Shown here: positions 42,860 through 50,969 of the stretch, piece by piece
Numbering within the stretch: the stretch's first letter is position 1
Layout of the letters: each line of letters opens with the position of its first letter
Assembly (NCBI GenBank): GCA_004563715.1
Contig: SIRX01000021.1
Location: forward strand, 1,580 to 65,579
Reading direction: 5' to 3'
Source of the DNA: Actinomycetota bacterium
GTDB lineage: Bacteria; Actinomycetota; Rubrobacteria; Rubrobacterales; Rubrobacteraceae
DNA: 64,000 nucleotides
Notes under the pieces: model-generated
Databases searched by the model: none
Told to the model about the DNA's origin: nothing
Seen by the model: only the letters and a program-made list of their open reading frames with translations
Position numbers and translations under genes: made by a program

Positions 42860-44187
42860 ACCTCTACCTCCGCTCCCACGTCGGCCACGACCCCCGCGAC
42901 CTCCTCGCAGACCCGCCGGCACACCTCCTCGTCGGCGTGCTCGACCATGACCCGGACGACCGGCTCCGTGCCGCTGGGCCTCAGCAGGATGCGCCCCTCG
43001 CCGCCGAGCCGGGCCTCCGCCCGCGAGACCGCCCGGGCCACCGGCTCCGAACCGGCGACGGTCCGGGCGGAGACCGGCTCTCCGACGGCCACGTTTATCA
43101 GGCTCTGCGGGTACACCTCGATCACGTCCGCCAACTCCGAGAGGGGTTTGCCGCTGCGCGCCATCACGTCCAGCAGGGCCAGCGCCGTCAAAAGGCCGTC
43201 CCCGGTCGTCCCGTGCTCGGACAGGATAACATGGCCCGACTGCTCTCCACCCACGGCGGCCCCGGTGCGCTCCATAGCATCCGCGACGTGCCGGTCCCCG
43301 ACGGGGGTTACTTCGTACGGGACGCTCATGGCGTCCATCGCCTTGAAAAACCCCAGGTTGCTCATCACCGTGACCACGACGCCGCCCGCCAGCAGGCCGC
43401 GCTCCCGGAGGTCGCGGGCGAGGATGGCGATCATGCGATCCCCGTCTACCACGGCTCCTTTCTCGTCTACCGCCAGCACCCGGTCGGCGTCCCCGTCGAA
43501 CGCGAACGCCACGTCGTGCCCCACGGCCTCCAGCTGGTGAACGTGGGTCGAGCCACAGCCCGCGTTTATGTTCGTCCCCGTCGGCTCGTCCGCGACGACC
43601 GTCAGATCGGCGCCGAGGTCCCGGAAGACCCGGGGGGCGACCTCGTAAGCAGCCCCGTTGGCGCAGTCCAGCAGGACCCGCATCCCCTCTGCCGCCGGCC
43701 GCAGCCGTTCCAGCACGAACGCCGCGTACCGCTCTCCGGCGTCTTCCACCCTTCTGACGGCGCCGACACCGCCCCCTATGGGCCTCTCGGCATCGCCGTC
43801 CGCGAAGCGGCGTTCCAGCTCGCCCTCCGCCTCCGGAGAGAGCTTGCGGCCCGCGCCCGAGAAGAACTTGATGCCGTTGTCCAGGTAGGGGTTGTGCGAG
43901 GCGCTCACGACCCCGGCGGCGGCCGCGCCGAGCCGGGGGGCGAGGGCGGCTACGCCGGGGGTCGGAAGAACACCCAGGTCCAGGACTTCCGCGCCACCGC
44001 TGGCGCTCCCGGCCGCGAGGGCGCCCGAGAGCATGCCGCCGGAGACCCGGGTGTCGCTACCGATGAGGAGCGGCCCCCCGAAGGTGCGGGCGGCGGCCAG
44101 CCCGAGCCGCAGGGCCACCTCCGGGGTTAGGTCGCGGTTGGCGAGGCCACGCACCCCGTCGGTTCCGAAAGTTATTCGCTCTTCCAA
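42856..44187 (-). CDS. glmM: Phosphoglucosamine mutase
   Basis: Contains FGTDGVRG, VSASHNPYLDNGIKFF, DGDADR and GGEQSGH. The start is assigned to TTG 44187, 5 nt after GGAGGAGG. The track start at 44202 lies within the U tract and RBS. Confidence 0.9.
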   Translation of the reverse strand: MEERITFGTDGVRGLANRDLTPEVALRLGLAAARTFGGPLLIGSDTRVSGGMLSGALAAGSASGGAEVLDLGVLPTPGVAALAPRLGAAAAGVVSASHNPYLDNGIKFFSGAGRKLSPEAEGELERRFADGDAERPIGGGVGAVRRVEDAGERYAAFVLERLRPAAEGMRVLLDCANGAAYEVAPRVFRDLGADLTVVADEPTGTNINAGCGSTHVHQLEAVGHDVAFAFDGDADRVLAVDEKGAVVDGDRMIAILARDLRERGLLAGGVVVTVMSNLGFFKAMDAMSVPYEVTPVGDRHVADAMERTGAAVGGEQSGHVILSEHGTTGDGLLTALALLDVMARSGKPLSELADVIEVYPQSLINVAVGEPVSARTVAGSEPVARAVSRAEARLGGEGRILLRPSGTEPVVRVMVEHADEEVCRRVCEEVAGVVADVGAEVEV

Positions 44188-44200
44188 GATCACCTCCTCC

Positions 44201-44239
44201 AAAAGCGACGAGCCCCTTCCGCGCGGGAAAGGGCCCGTC
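44201..44239 (-). terminator. Hairpin plus UUUU between rpsI and glmM (partial terminator/attenuator candidate)
   Basis: Minus strand reads GACGGGCCCTTTCCCGCGCGGAAGGGGCTCGTC (imperfect 12-bp stem), followed by GCTTTTGGAGGAGG. Confidence 0.35.
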
Positions 44240-44268
44240 GTAGAACCGCCGAGAACCAGCCGCGCCGT

Positions 44269-44661
44269 CTAGCGTTTGGAGAACTGCGGGCGCTTGCGGG
44301 CTTTTTTGAGGCCGTACTTCTTGCGCTCCACGGCCCGGGCGTCCCGCGTCAGAAGACCAGCGTTCTTCAACTCGCCACGCGCCTGCGGCGACTCTTCGGA
44401 GAGGGCGCGCGCCAGGCCGTGGCGCACGGCGTCCGCCTGCCCGGTGGGGCCGCCGCCCTCGACCTTTACCACCACGTCGTAGCTGCCGGCGGAGTCCAGA
44501 ACCTGCAGCGGGGCCAGCACCACCGCCTGGTAGGCCGCGCGGGGGAAATATTCTTTATAGTCGCGGCCGTTGATCGTGATCTTGCCGTCACCCGGCAGCA
44601 GCCTTACCCGCGCCACCGAGGTCTTGCGCCGTCCCGTTCCCGTGTACAGTGCCTGTGCCAT
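44269..44661 (-). CDS. rpsI: 30S ribosomal protein S9
   Basis: Begins [12 protein letters not shown] and ends ..[11 protein letters not shown]. Confidence 0.95.
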   Translation of the reverse strand: MAQALYTGTGRRKTSVARVRLLPGDGKITINGRDYKEYFPRAAYQAVVLAPLQVLDSAGSYDVVVKVEGGGPTGQADAVRHGLARALSEESPQARGELKNAGLLTRDARAVERKKYGLKKARKRPQFSKR

Positions 44662-45096
44662 CTATTCGCTCACCTCGTAGGGCTCGGGACGCTGGGCCTC
44701 GTGGGGATGGTCCGGTCCCGCGTAGATCTTCAACTTCTTGAACTGCTGGCGTCCGAGCCTCGTCTTCGGCATCATGCCGTAGACCGCCTTGCGGAGAACC
44801 TCGGTCGGCTTGCGCTCCATCATCCGCTCGTAGCTCGTCTCGCGCAGGCCCCCGGGGTAGCCCGTGTGGCGCCGGTAGAGCTTCTGCTCGGCCTTGCGGC
44901 CCGTCACCGAGACCTTCTCGGCGTTCACCACGACCACGAAGTCGCCGGTGTCCACGTGCGGGGTGTACTGGGGCTTGTTCTTACCGCGCAGGACGCGCGC
45001 GATCTCCGACGCCAGACGGCCCAGGGTCTTACCCTCGGCGTCTACGACGTACCAATTCCGTTCGACCTCCAGGGGCCGGGCCATGTAACTTTTCAT
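44662..45096 (-). CDS. rplM: 50S ribosomal protein L13
   Basis: Contains [38 protein letters not shown]. It sits directly upstream of rpsI. Confidence 0.95.
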   Translation of the reverse strand: MKSYMARPLEVERNWYVVDAEGKTLGRLASEIARVLRGKNKPQYTPHVDTGDFVVVVNAEKVSVTGRKAEQKLYRRHTGYPGGLRETSYERMMERKPTEVLRKAVYGMMPKTRLGRQQFKKLKIYAGPDHPHEAQRPEPYEVSE

Positions 45097-45209
45097 CTTC
45101 CTCCGGAGCTTCCTGCAAGTTTGTACTGCGATTCAAACGCTGCAAATAGTAGCATACATCTACAATACTCACAGTCCCGGGCCGTGGCGCAAACCCTGGT
45201 TTTTCGGGG

Positions 45210-46247
45210 CTATCCGGAGGTCAGGCCGCTTACGGGCCCCGTCTCCTCCACCGGGGGTTCCGGAGTGTAGCCTGGACCGACGACCACCTTCAGGGCCCGG
45301 GGCAGCACCGTAAACTCGGCCGGCTCCTCGCCGATCAACTCCCCGTCGGCGGTAAAGCCCAGGCCGGGGTCGGCTTCGACCCGCAGGTTCTCGCCCCTGG
45401 CGTAGAACACGCCTTCCTCTTCGAGGTAATCGGCCCGCAGCAGGGCCTTGGGGGCGAGGGTCATGATCTCGTCCAGCCGGCCGTCCTCGATTACGACCAG
45501 GTCCAGCAGCCCGTCTTCGGGATTGGCCCGGGGGGCCACAGGCCAGCCGCCGCCCGCGTATCGGCAGTTGCCGACGGTAACGTTCACCGCCTGGAGCCGG
45601 TGCTCCTGACCGTCCACCGAGATCCGGGCCTCTCGCGCGGCGTGGCCGCCCAGGGCGTCGAATGAAGCCCGCAGGTAGGCCAGCCGGCCCCAGCGGCGTT
45701 TCAAGTCCGGATCGCTGGCAGCCTCGGAGATCTCCATGCCCGCCCCGCCGGTCGCCACGTTGATAAAGAAATGTTCTCCAACCCCCCCGGAGCGTATACG
45801 CGCCACGTCCAGGTGCCGCACGGCGCCCCGCTGGACTATCTCCGCGCCGCGTTCCAGGTCTTTCGGTATCTCCAGGGTCTGGGCCAGGTCGTTGCCGGTA
45901 CCCATCGGCAGCAGCGCCAGGGTTACGCCTTCTGGAAACCCGGCTTTCCCCAGGCCGTTGACCGCCTCGTTGACCGTCCCGTCACCCCCGGAGACCACGA
46001 GCAAGCCGTTCTCCCAATCGCAGGCCGCCTCCAGCGCGTCGCCGCGGCCCCTGGTTATCACCAGCTCCGGGCTGAGATCGCCCAAAGCCTCGCACAGGTC
46101 CTCCGGTTCGTGAACCCAACCGCCGGAAGCGGGATTGCAGATCAGGCGCACCGGGCCGCGGCGCTCGTCTCCCGCGCCTTTATCTGAGCCGTACGGACCC
46201 TCCCGCACCGCCCTGTCACCCGCCGACCGTTCCGAATTGCCGCCCAT
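45210..46247 (-). CDS. Diacylglycerol-kinase-family lipid kinase (YegS/BmrU-like)
   Basis: Contains LICNPASGG, VVSGGDGTVNEAVNGL and PMGTGNDLA. I use ATG 46247. The track start at 46280 is a TTG without an RBS. The start is uncertain. Confidence 0.78.
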   Translation of the reverse strand: MGGNSERSAGDRAVREGPYGSDKGAGDERRGPVRLICNPASGGWVHEPEDLCEALGDLSPELVITRGRGDALEAACDWENGLLVVSGGDGTVNEAVNGLGKAGFPEGVTLALLPMGTGNDLAQTLEIPKDLERGAEIVQRGAVRHLDVARIRSGGVGEHFFINVATGGAGMEISEAASDPDLKRRWGRLAYLRASFDALGGHAAREARISVDGQEHRLQAVNVTVGNCRYAGGGWPVAPRANPEDGLLDLVVIEDGRLDEIMTLAPKALLRADYLEEEGVFYARGENLRVEADPGLGFTADGELIGEEPAEFTVLPRALKVVVGPGYTPEPPVEETGPVSGLTSG

Positions 46248-46294
46248 AGGCTTGTTGTACCAGAAAAACGACCGAGGCAAACGGGCATGATAAG

Positions 46295-46927
46295 ATGCCC
46301 CAATTCATGGCCGCCGTCGAGCACTTCACCGTACGCCTAGCGAACCCCGGCGACAACCCGGCGATAGCGGTCCTCGTGGTGGAGGGCTTTGTAGATCAGT
46401 TCGTACCCGTCTTCGGCGAAAACCCGGAGGTCTCCAACGAGATCATGGAGCAGTGGGTAAAGCTGGAGCACGCCCTGGGCGGCGTCCAGTCGCTCGTGGC
46501 GGAGGTAGACGGCCGGGTCGTCGCCAGCGTCGGCGTGCGCACCACTGAGCCCCAGGATTCGGAGCTGGCCCGCGGCCTGTGGCGCATCTTCCGCCAGAAC
46601 CTGGGCCTGCTGCGCGCGGTCTGGGCGACGGCGCTGCTCTCGAACCCCCGCTATTCCTCCAGGCCCACGGAGGCTTACGTCGAACGGCTCGTGGTCACCT
46701 CCGGCCACCGCAACCGCGGCGTGGCCCGCAGCCTGCTCCACCGGGCCGAGGTCCTGGGCAACGAAGCCGGAAAGAAGTCCGTCGGGCTCCACGTCAGCAG
46801 CGGCAACGACCCCGCGATCGGGCTCTACGACGACGAAGGCTACGTCGAGGTCTCCCGGCAACGCTCGCTCCTGACCGGATACTTTCTAAACATCCGCGAG
46901 TGGCTCTACCTCAGAAAGAACCTCTGA
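46295..46927 (+). CDS. GNAT-family N-acetyltransferase
   Basis: The acetyl-CoA-binding segment is LVVTSGHRNRGVARSLLHRAE, followed by GLYDDEGY. Confidence 0.7.
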   Translation: MPQFMAAVEHFTVRLANPGDNPAIAVLVVEGFVDQFVPVFGENPEVSNEIMEQWVKLEHALGGVQSLVAEVDGRVVASVGVRTTEPQDSELARGLWRIFRQNLGLLRAVWATALLSNPRYSSRPTEAYVERLVVTSGHRNRGVARSLLHRAEVLGNEAGKKSVGLHVSSGNDPAIGLYDDEGYVEVSRQRSLLTGYFLNIREWLYLRKNL

Positions 46928-46952
46928 GAGATCCCCGGTAGAGGGCGGCCTA

Positions 46953-48377
46953 CTACCTGCCGCTCTCCGGGTCCGGCGAGTCGTCGTCTCCGGAGGTTTC
47001 TCGCTCCCCCCGGGTCCTCCGGGAACGCTGGCCGGGGCTGAACTCGCCGGGGGGCTCGGACCACCGGAAAAGGTCTTCGGGAAACTCCGGCACGCGCCCC
47101 CGGCCGGGCTCTCTCTCCTCGCCCTGTTGCTCCCGGGGGGGCGGGACACGCCGGACCCTGTCCGGGTGATCTTCCCGACGCTCCTCACCGTTGGGCACCG
47201 CCCTCTCGGCCCTATCTGGGGCTTCGGCGGCCGGCTCCTCTTTCTCTGCCGCAGTTTGCCCGGGGTTCGACGTGCCGGCGGAGCCGGAGTCCCGGGAGCT
47301 TCCGGAATCGAAGTCCCAAACCAGGTCGCTGAAGAAGGTTTTTTCCCTGCCGGGGCGCGCCTCCGGAGCCGCCGTTTCCGGTTCGCCGGTCTCGGCCTGC
47401 CCGTGCAACTCCTCCCCGCCGGTGTCCTCTGCCGGCGAGGGGACCTCCTTCACGTATTCCAGGTAGCCGTTGTCCCCGGTCAAGAACGCCAGCACGCGGG
47501 CACCGAACTCCGGGGCAGCCTCCACCATGGGCAGGTGCCCGCACTCGCTAAAAAGCGCTATCTCGGCCTGGGTAGCGTTCTGACCCCAGTCGCTGACGGC
47601 GCGGGGGTCCACGATCTGGTCCTCCTCGCCGGCGGCGAGCAAGACGGGCACCTTTATTATGCGCGCCTGGCGGGCGAGCCGGCCGCCGGAGATTTCGTGC
47701 CGAACGGCCTTGAAGGTCCCGGCGGCGGCGGCGGGCGTGGAGCGGCCAGCGTCCTCGACGAGCTCGGGCGGCAGGTCTGCGGAGTCCAGGACGAAAGGCC
47801 GCATCCAGAGCCGGCGCACGGGACGCAGGGCGCCTCCCAGGACGTAGAGCAGGGGTCCCACAACCGGCAGGGTGGTGATCCAGAGCAGCGTGGGCAGGTC
47901 TATCTGGTCCTCCTCCGCCGGGGTCGCCACCAGCACCAGCCGCCCGACGATGTCCGGGTGGTCGGCGGCGAGCTTGACGGCCATAGCGCCGCCGACGTCG
48001 TGGCCGACAACGGCGGTCCGGGTGAGGCCGAAGCGGGCGCAGAAGGCGTAGAGCAGCCGGCTGCCGTACCGGACGCCGTAGCCCTCTGTCGGCTTGTCCG
48101 ACTCCCCGAAGCCCGTGAGGTCGAGGGTGTAGACGGTAAAGCGCTGGGCCAGCCGGCGGACGAGGGGCTCCCAAATCTTCGACGACGAGAGCCAGCCGTG
48201 CACCAGCAGGACCGGAGGCCCCCCTCCGGCAACCTCGTAGCGGACCCAGCGGCCCTCGATCTCCACGTACTCCGTGTCGCGGGCGCTCTCCACCTCGTGG
48301 GAGATCCTCCCGAGAAAGAACGAGGTCACGACCACGGCCAGAACCACGAGGAGCAGGACGATCATCAAGGTACTCAT
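46953..48377 (-). CDS. Membrane-anchored alpha/beta hydrolase with a long, low-complexity, charged C-terminal tail
   Basis: Has an N-terminal TM helix LMIVLLLVVLAVVVTSFF. The hydrolase core has PVLLVHGW and VVGHDVGG (nucleophile-elbow position). The last ~170 aa are rich in E/P/G/R/S. I use ATG 48377; the track start is TTG 48395. Confidence 0.72.
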   Translation of the reverse strand: MSTLMIVLLLVVLAVVVTSFFLGRISHEVESARDTEYVEIEGRWVRYEVAGGGPPVLLVHGWLSSSKIWEPLVRRLAQRFTVYTLDLTGFGESDKPTEGYGVRYGSRLLYAFCARFGLTRTAVVGHDVGGAMAVKLAADHPDIVGRLVLVATPAEEDQIDLPTLLWITTLPVVGPLLYVLGGALRPVRRLWMRPFVLDSADLPPELVEDAGRSTPAAAAGTFKAVRHEISGGRLARQARIIKVPVLLAAGEEDQIVDPRAVSDWGQNATQAEIALFSECGHLPMVEAAPEFGARVLAFLTGDNGYLEYVKEVPSPAEDTGGEELHGQAETGEPETAAPEARPGREKTFFSDLVWDFDSGSSRDSGSAGTSNPGQTAAEKEEPAAEAPDRAERAVPNGEERREDHPDRVRRVPPPREQQGEEREPGRGRVPEFPEDLFRWSEPPGEFSPGQRSRRTRGERETSGDDDSPDPESGR

Positions 48378-48439
48378 GCCGCCATGATAACCCAACCACC
48401 GGCGTGCAACACGGCTCGCCGGCGGTACTTAGAGGGTGT

Positions 48440-48661
48440 TTAGTCGCTCCAGTTGCGGCTCACGATCTGCCGGACGATTATGGAGGCGAGGACGGTAGAG
48501 GCAAAGCGAAAGACGCCCTTGATCAAGGCTTCCTTTACGTCGTCTTTGATGCCGGGCTCTTCCGGTACGTTTATGTACCGATCAGCGAGCCTGTCGGCCA
48601 CCAGAAAGGCGATCACCCCCGACAGGATGGTGATCATGCGCTTCTGCATCTCTTCGTTCAC
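48440..48661 (-). CDS. Small hypothetical protein (73 aa), DUF4235-like architecture
   Basis: The GTG start lies 5 nt after GGAGGGA. It has a hydrophobic N-terminal helix ITILSGVIAFLVA, a charged loop and a second amphipathic helix. Confidence 0.4.
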   Translation of the reverse strand: MNEEMQKRMITILSGVIAFLVADRLADRYINVPEEPGIKDDVKEALIKGVFRFASTVLASIIVRQIVSRNWSD

Positions 48662-48687
48662 AGACGTCCCTCCCTCTGCGCCACGCT

Positions 48688-48710
48688 TTGCCGGGCTCCC
48701 GGCCCGGCAA
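48688..48710 (-). terminator. Perfect 9-bp GC-rich hairpin downstream of the 108-aa ORF (no U tract)
   Basis: Plus-strand sequence is ttgccgggc-tcccg-gcccggcaa. Confidence 0.3.
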
Positions 48711-48734
48711 GAATTCTACCGGCCCGCGTAGATT

Positions 48735-49061
48735 CTAGCCGACCTCCTGCGGCTGCGCCTCGCGGCGGTAGAGGTTCTCCAGCTGGCTGCGGAGTACCGA
48801 CCGCTGTTGGCTCCCGGCGTAGCAATCTATGCAATACACTACGTCCTCGGGACGGCCCGGGTGGAGGTCGTGCTCCATCATGAAATCCAGCAGCTCCCGG
48901 TAGCTATCTCCCATCTGATCCACGAACTCCGAGAAGGATATGCGGCCCGAGATCAGCCGCTCGCAGGCCTCGCGCGGCTTTAGCCTGCCTAGACGTCGGT
49001 TGGTGTGTCGTACGATAAGACCGGGCGCTATGGCCTCGGTCACCATCTCCTCATTCGTCAC
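48735..49061 (-). CDS. Hypothetical protein (108 aa)
   Basis: Coding-like codon usage. The segment LISGRISFSEFVDQMGDSYRELLDFMMEHDLHP faintly resembles UPF0175-type HTH antitoxin-like proteins. This is a judgement by eye only. Confidence 0.45.
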   Translation of the reverse strand: MTNEEMVTEAIAPGLIVRHTNRRLGRLKPREACERLISGRISFSEFVDQMGDSYRELLDFMMEHDLHPGRPEDVVYCIDCYAGSQQRSVLRSQLENLYRREAQPQEVG

Positions 49062-49325
49062 GACGATCCCTTTCTAGCTTCGTGAGACGAGCAATTCCCT
49101 TGTTGGTTCCCCTAACGACGCTAGCGCGCCAGCATCGCCTACGAAGTCTACGGGATAATCGCGGACGTTGTAAAGCGTCACCCGGCGCCGGGCCGTCGCA
49201 AAGATATACTGACCGACGTCCCACAAACAATCCCGAGGACCCCGCATGAGCGAAATTTCGATCTCCGACGTTACGACAGGCCCCGCGCGGGCAGCCACGA
49301 GCCGGCGCCCGGGAGGTTCCCGGGC

Positions 49326-50597
49326 GTGACGGATACCGCACACCACGCCCGCCTGGTCGTCGTGGGCGCCGGGTTTGCGGGCTCGAGCCTCCTGCGGAAC
49401 CTGCCGCGTGCCCTGCGCGGCCCCGGTGCGTCACTCCTCGTGGACCGCGCGGAGGAGTACCCGTTTATACCCCTGGTCCACGAGGTCGCCGTCGGCCGCA
49501 TCCACCCCGAGAGCGTCTGCTTCCCGATAGCCGACCTTTGCGAAAACCGCTGCGGCTTCCTGCGGGCGGAGGTAACCGGCATCGACCTGGAGAGCCGGGT
49601 GCTCGACACCTCCGCCGGCGAGGTCGGCTACGAGCACCTGGTGCTGGCCGCCGGTAGCGGGCCCGCCCGGCCGCCGGAGAACATAGCCGAACACTTCCAG
49701 TTATTCTGGACCCTGGAAGACGCCCTCCTGCTGCGGGCTTCGCTGGCCGAGGCCTGGCACGCGGCCACGGCACCGGCCAGGAGCGCCGGTGAATTGTCTT
49801 CCGGAGCCCTGACGGTCGCCGTGGTCGGGGGTGGCGCCACGGGGGTCGAGCTGGCCGCGGAGGTGGCCGTGCTCTTCGAGTACCTGCGCAAGCGTGCCGT
49901 CCGGCCGCCGGCCGCCGAACCCCGCGTAGTGCTCTTCGAGGCCACGGACAGGCTTCTCGGGTGGTTGAACCCATATTTTCACGAGGTAGCCCTGGAAGAG
50001 CTGGGCAAGCTCGGCGTCGAGGTGCGGCTCGGCACCCCGGTCGAAGCCGCCGACGAGGCGTCGGTGGACCTCGGGGAGCACCGGCTGCCCGCCGCCATGA
50101 AAATTTGGACGACCGGCATAGAGACCTCGCCCCTGATCAAAAACCTGCCCGGCGAGCACGACGCCACGGGCCGGGTGGCGGTGGACGCGCACCTCACCCT
50201 GCCGGGCTACCCGGAGGTCTACGTGCCCGGCGACGCGGGACTCTACGAGGACCCGCGCCACGGTCAACTGCCCCCCACCGCCTCCGTCGCCGTGCAGCAG
50301 GGACCCTGGATCTCCCGGGACCTCGGGCGCCGGATGTCGGGCCGGTCCCGGCCGCCCTTCGACTACTTCGACCGGGGCTACATCGTGAGCCTCGGGCCCG
50401 AGAGCGCGGTCGCCGACGCCGTGGGGGTCCGGTTCAGGGGACCCGCCGCCCAGGCGCTCTACCGCAGCGTCTTCCTGTACTACCTCAAGCGCAGCCGGGA
50501 CCGGGTTCTGGCCACGAGTGACTGGGCCATGGAGCGGACGCTCGGGCGCGTGGGCTTCGGCAGACCGCGCGGCACCGGCAAGCCGCAGGCCGGGTAG
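49326..50597 (+). CDS. ndh: Type II NADH dehydrogenase (NDH-2) / FAD-dependent pyridine nucleotide-disulfide oxidoreductase
   Basis: Contains LVVVGAGFAGS and VAVVGGGATGVELAAE. The GTG start lies 9 nt after GGGAGG. Confidence 0.8.
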   Translation: MTDTAHHARLVVVGAGFAGSSLLRNLPRALRGPGASLLVDRAEEYPFIPLVHEVAVGRIHPESVCFPIADLCENRCGFLRAEVTGIDLESRVLDTSAGEVGYEHLVLAAGSGPARPPENIAEHFQLFWTLEDALLLRASLAEAWHAATAPARSAGELSSGALTVAVVGGGATGVELAAEVAVLFEYLRKRAVRPPAAEPRVVLFEATDRLLGWLNPYFHEVALEELGKLGVEVRLGTPVEAADEASVDLGEHRLPAAMKIWTTGIETSPLIKNLPGEHDATGRVAVDAHLTLPGYPEVYVPGDAGLYEDPRHGQLPPTASVAVQQGPWISRDLGRRMSGRSRPPFDYFDRGYIVSLGPESAVADAVGVRFRGPAAQALYRSVFLYYLKRSRDRVLATSDWAMERTLGRVGFGRPRGTGKPQAG

Positions 50598-50604
50598 AAG
50601 CGGT

Positions 50605-50898
50605 CTACGCCCCGGTCTTGCTGGACCGCGAGCCGGCCAGGTGATTCTCCACTATCCCCGGCACGTCGCCGGGCGTGACCTCTGTGTACCAGACGTCGTC
50701 GGGATACACGAACACCACCGGCCCCTCGTGGTGGCGGCGGGTGCAGGCGTTGCGGAGCACGGCAGACGGCGCGTAACCGTGCCGCTCGACCTCGGCCCGG
50801 AAGCTCTCCAGCACCTCTCCCCCGCCCTTCGAGCCGCAGCGTCCCTCGCCGGGCGTGGCGCACACAAAGAACTGGCAGAACTTCGGCATGGGCATCAT
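50605..50898 (-). CDS. Thioredoxin-like [2Fe-2S] ferredoxin-domain protein
   Basis: Sequence is KFCQFFVCATPGEGRCGSKGG...NACTRRHHEGPVVFVYPDDVWYTEVTPGDVPGIVENHL. It is hidden in the tail of the spurious ORF 50605-52056. ATG codons are at 50898, 50895 and 50889. Confidence 0.65.
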   Translation of the reverse strand: MMPMPKFCQFFVCATPGEGRCGSKGGGEVLESFRAEVERHGYAPSAVLRNACTRRHHEGPVVFVYPDDVWYTEVTPGDVPGIVENHLAGSRSSKTGA

Positions 50899-50969
50899 TC
50901 TATGCCGGGCGGCGAACGATTGCAGCGACGCACCGCCCGTTTCCGGTACCAGCCGGTCTCCGGAGCCTT

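Noticed and set aside
45097-45209. Promoter upstream of rplM (TGCTACTAT, resembling an extended -10)
   Set aside because: The AT-rich leader clearly exists. I could not find a convincing -35/-10 pair with correct spacing, so it is not reported as a feature.
49074-49346. 90-aa minus-strand ORF in the ndh upstream region
   Set aside because: Its 5' part overlaps the ndh start region and looks like alternate-frame noise. Only the 3' 57 codons are possibly real, and these are mentioned as a low-confidence possibility in the findings.
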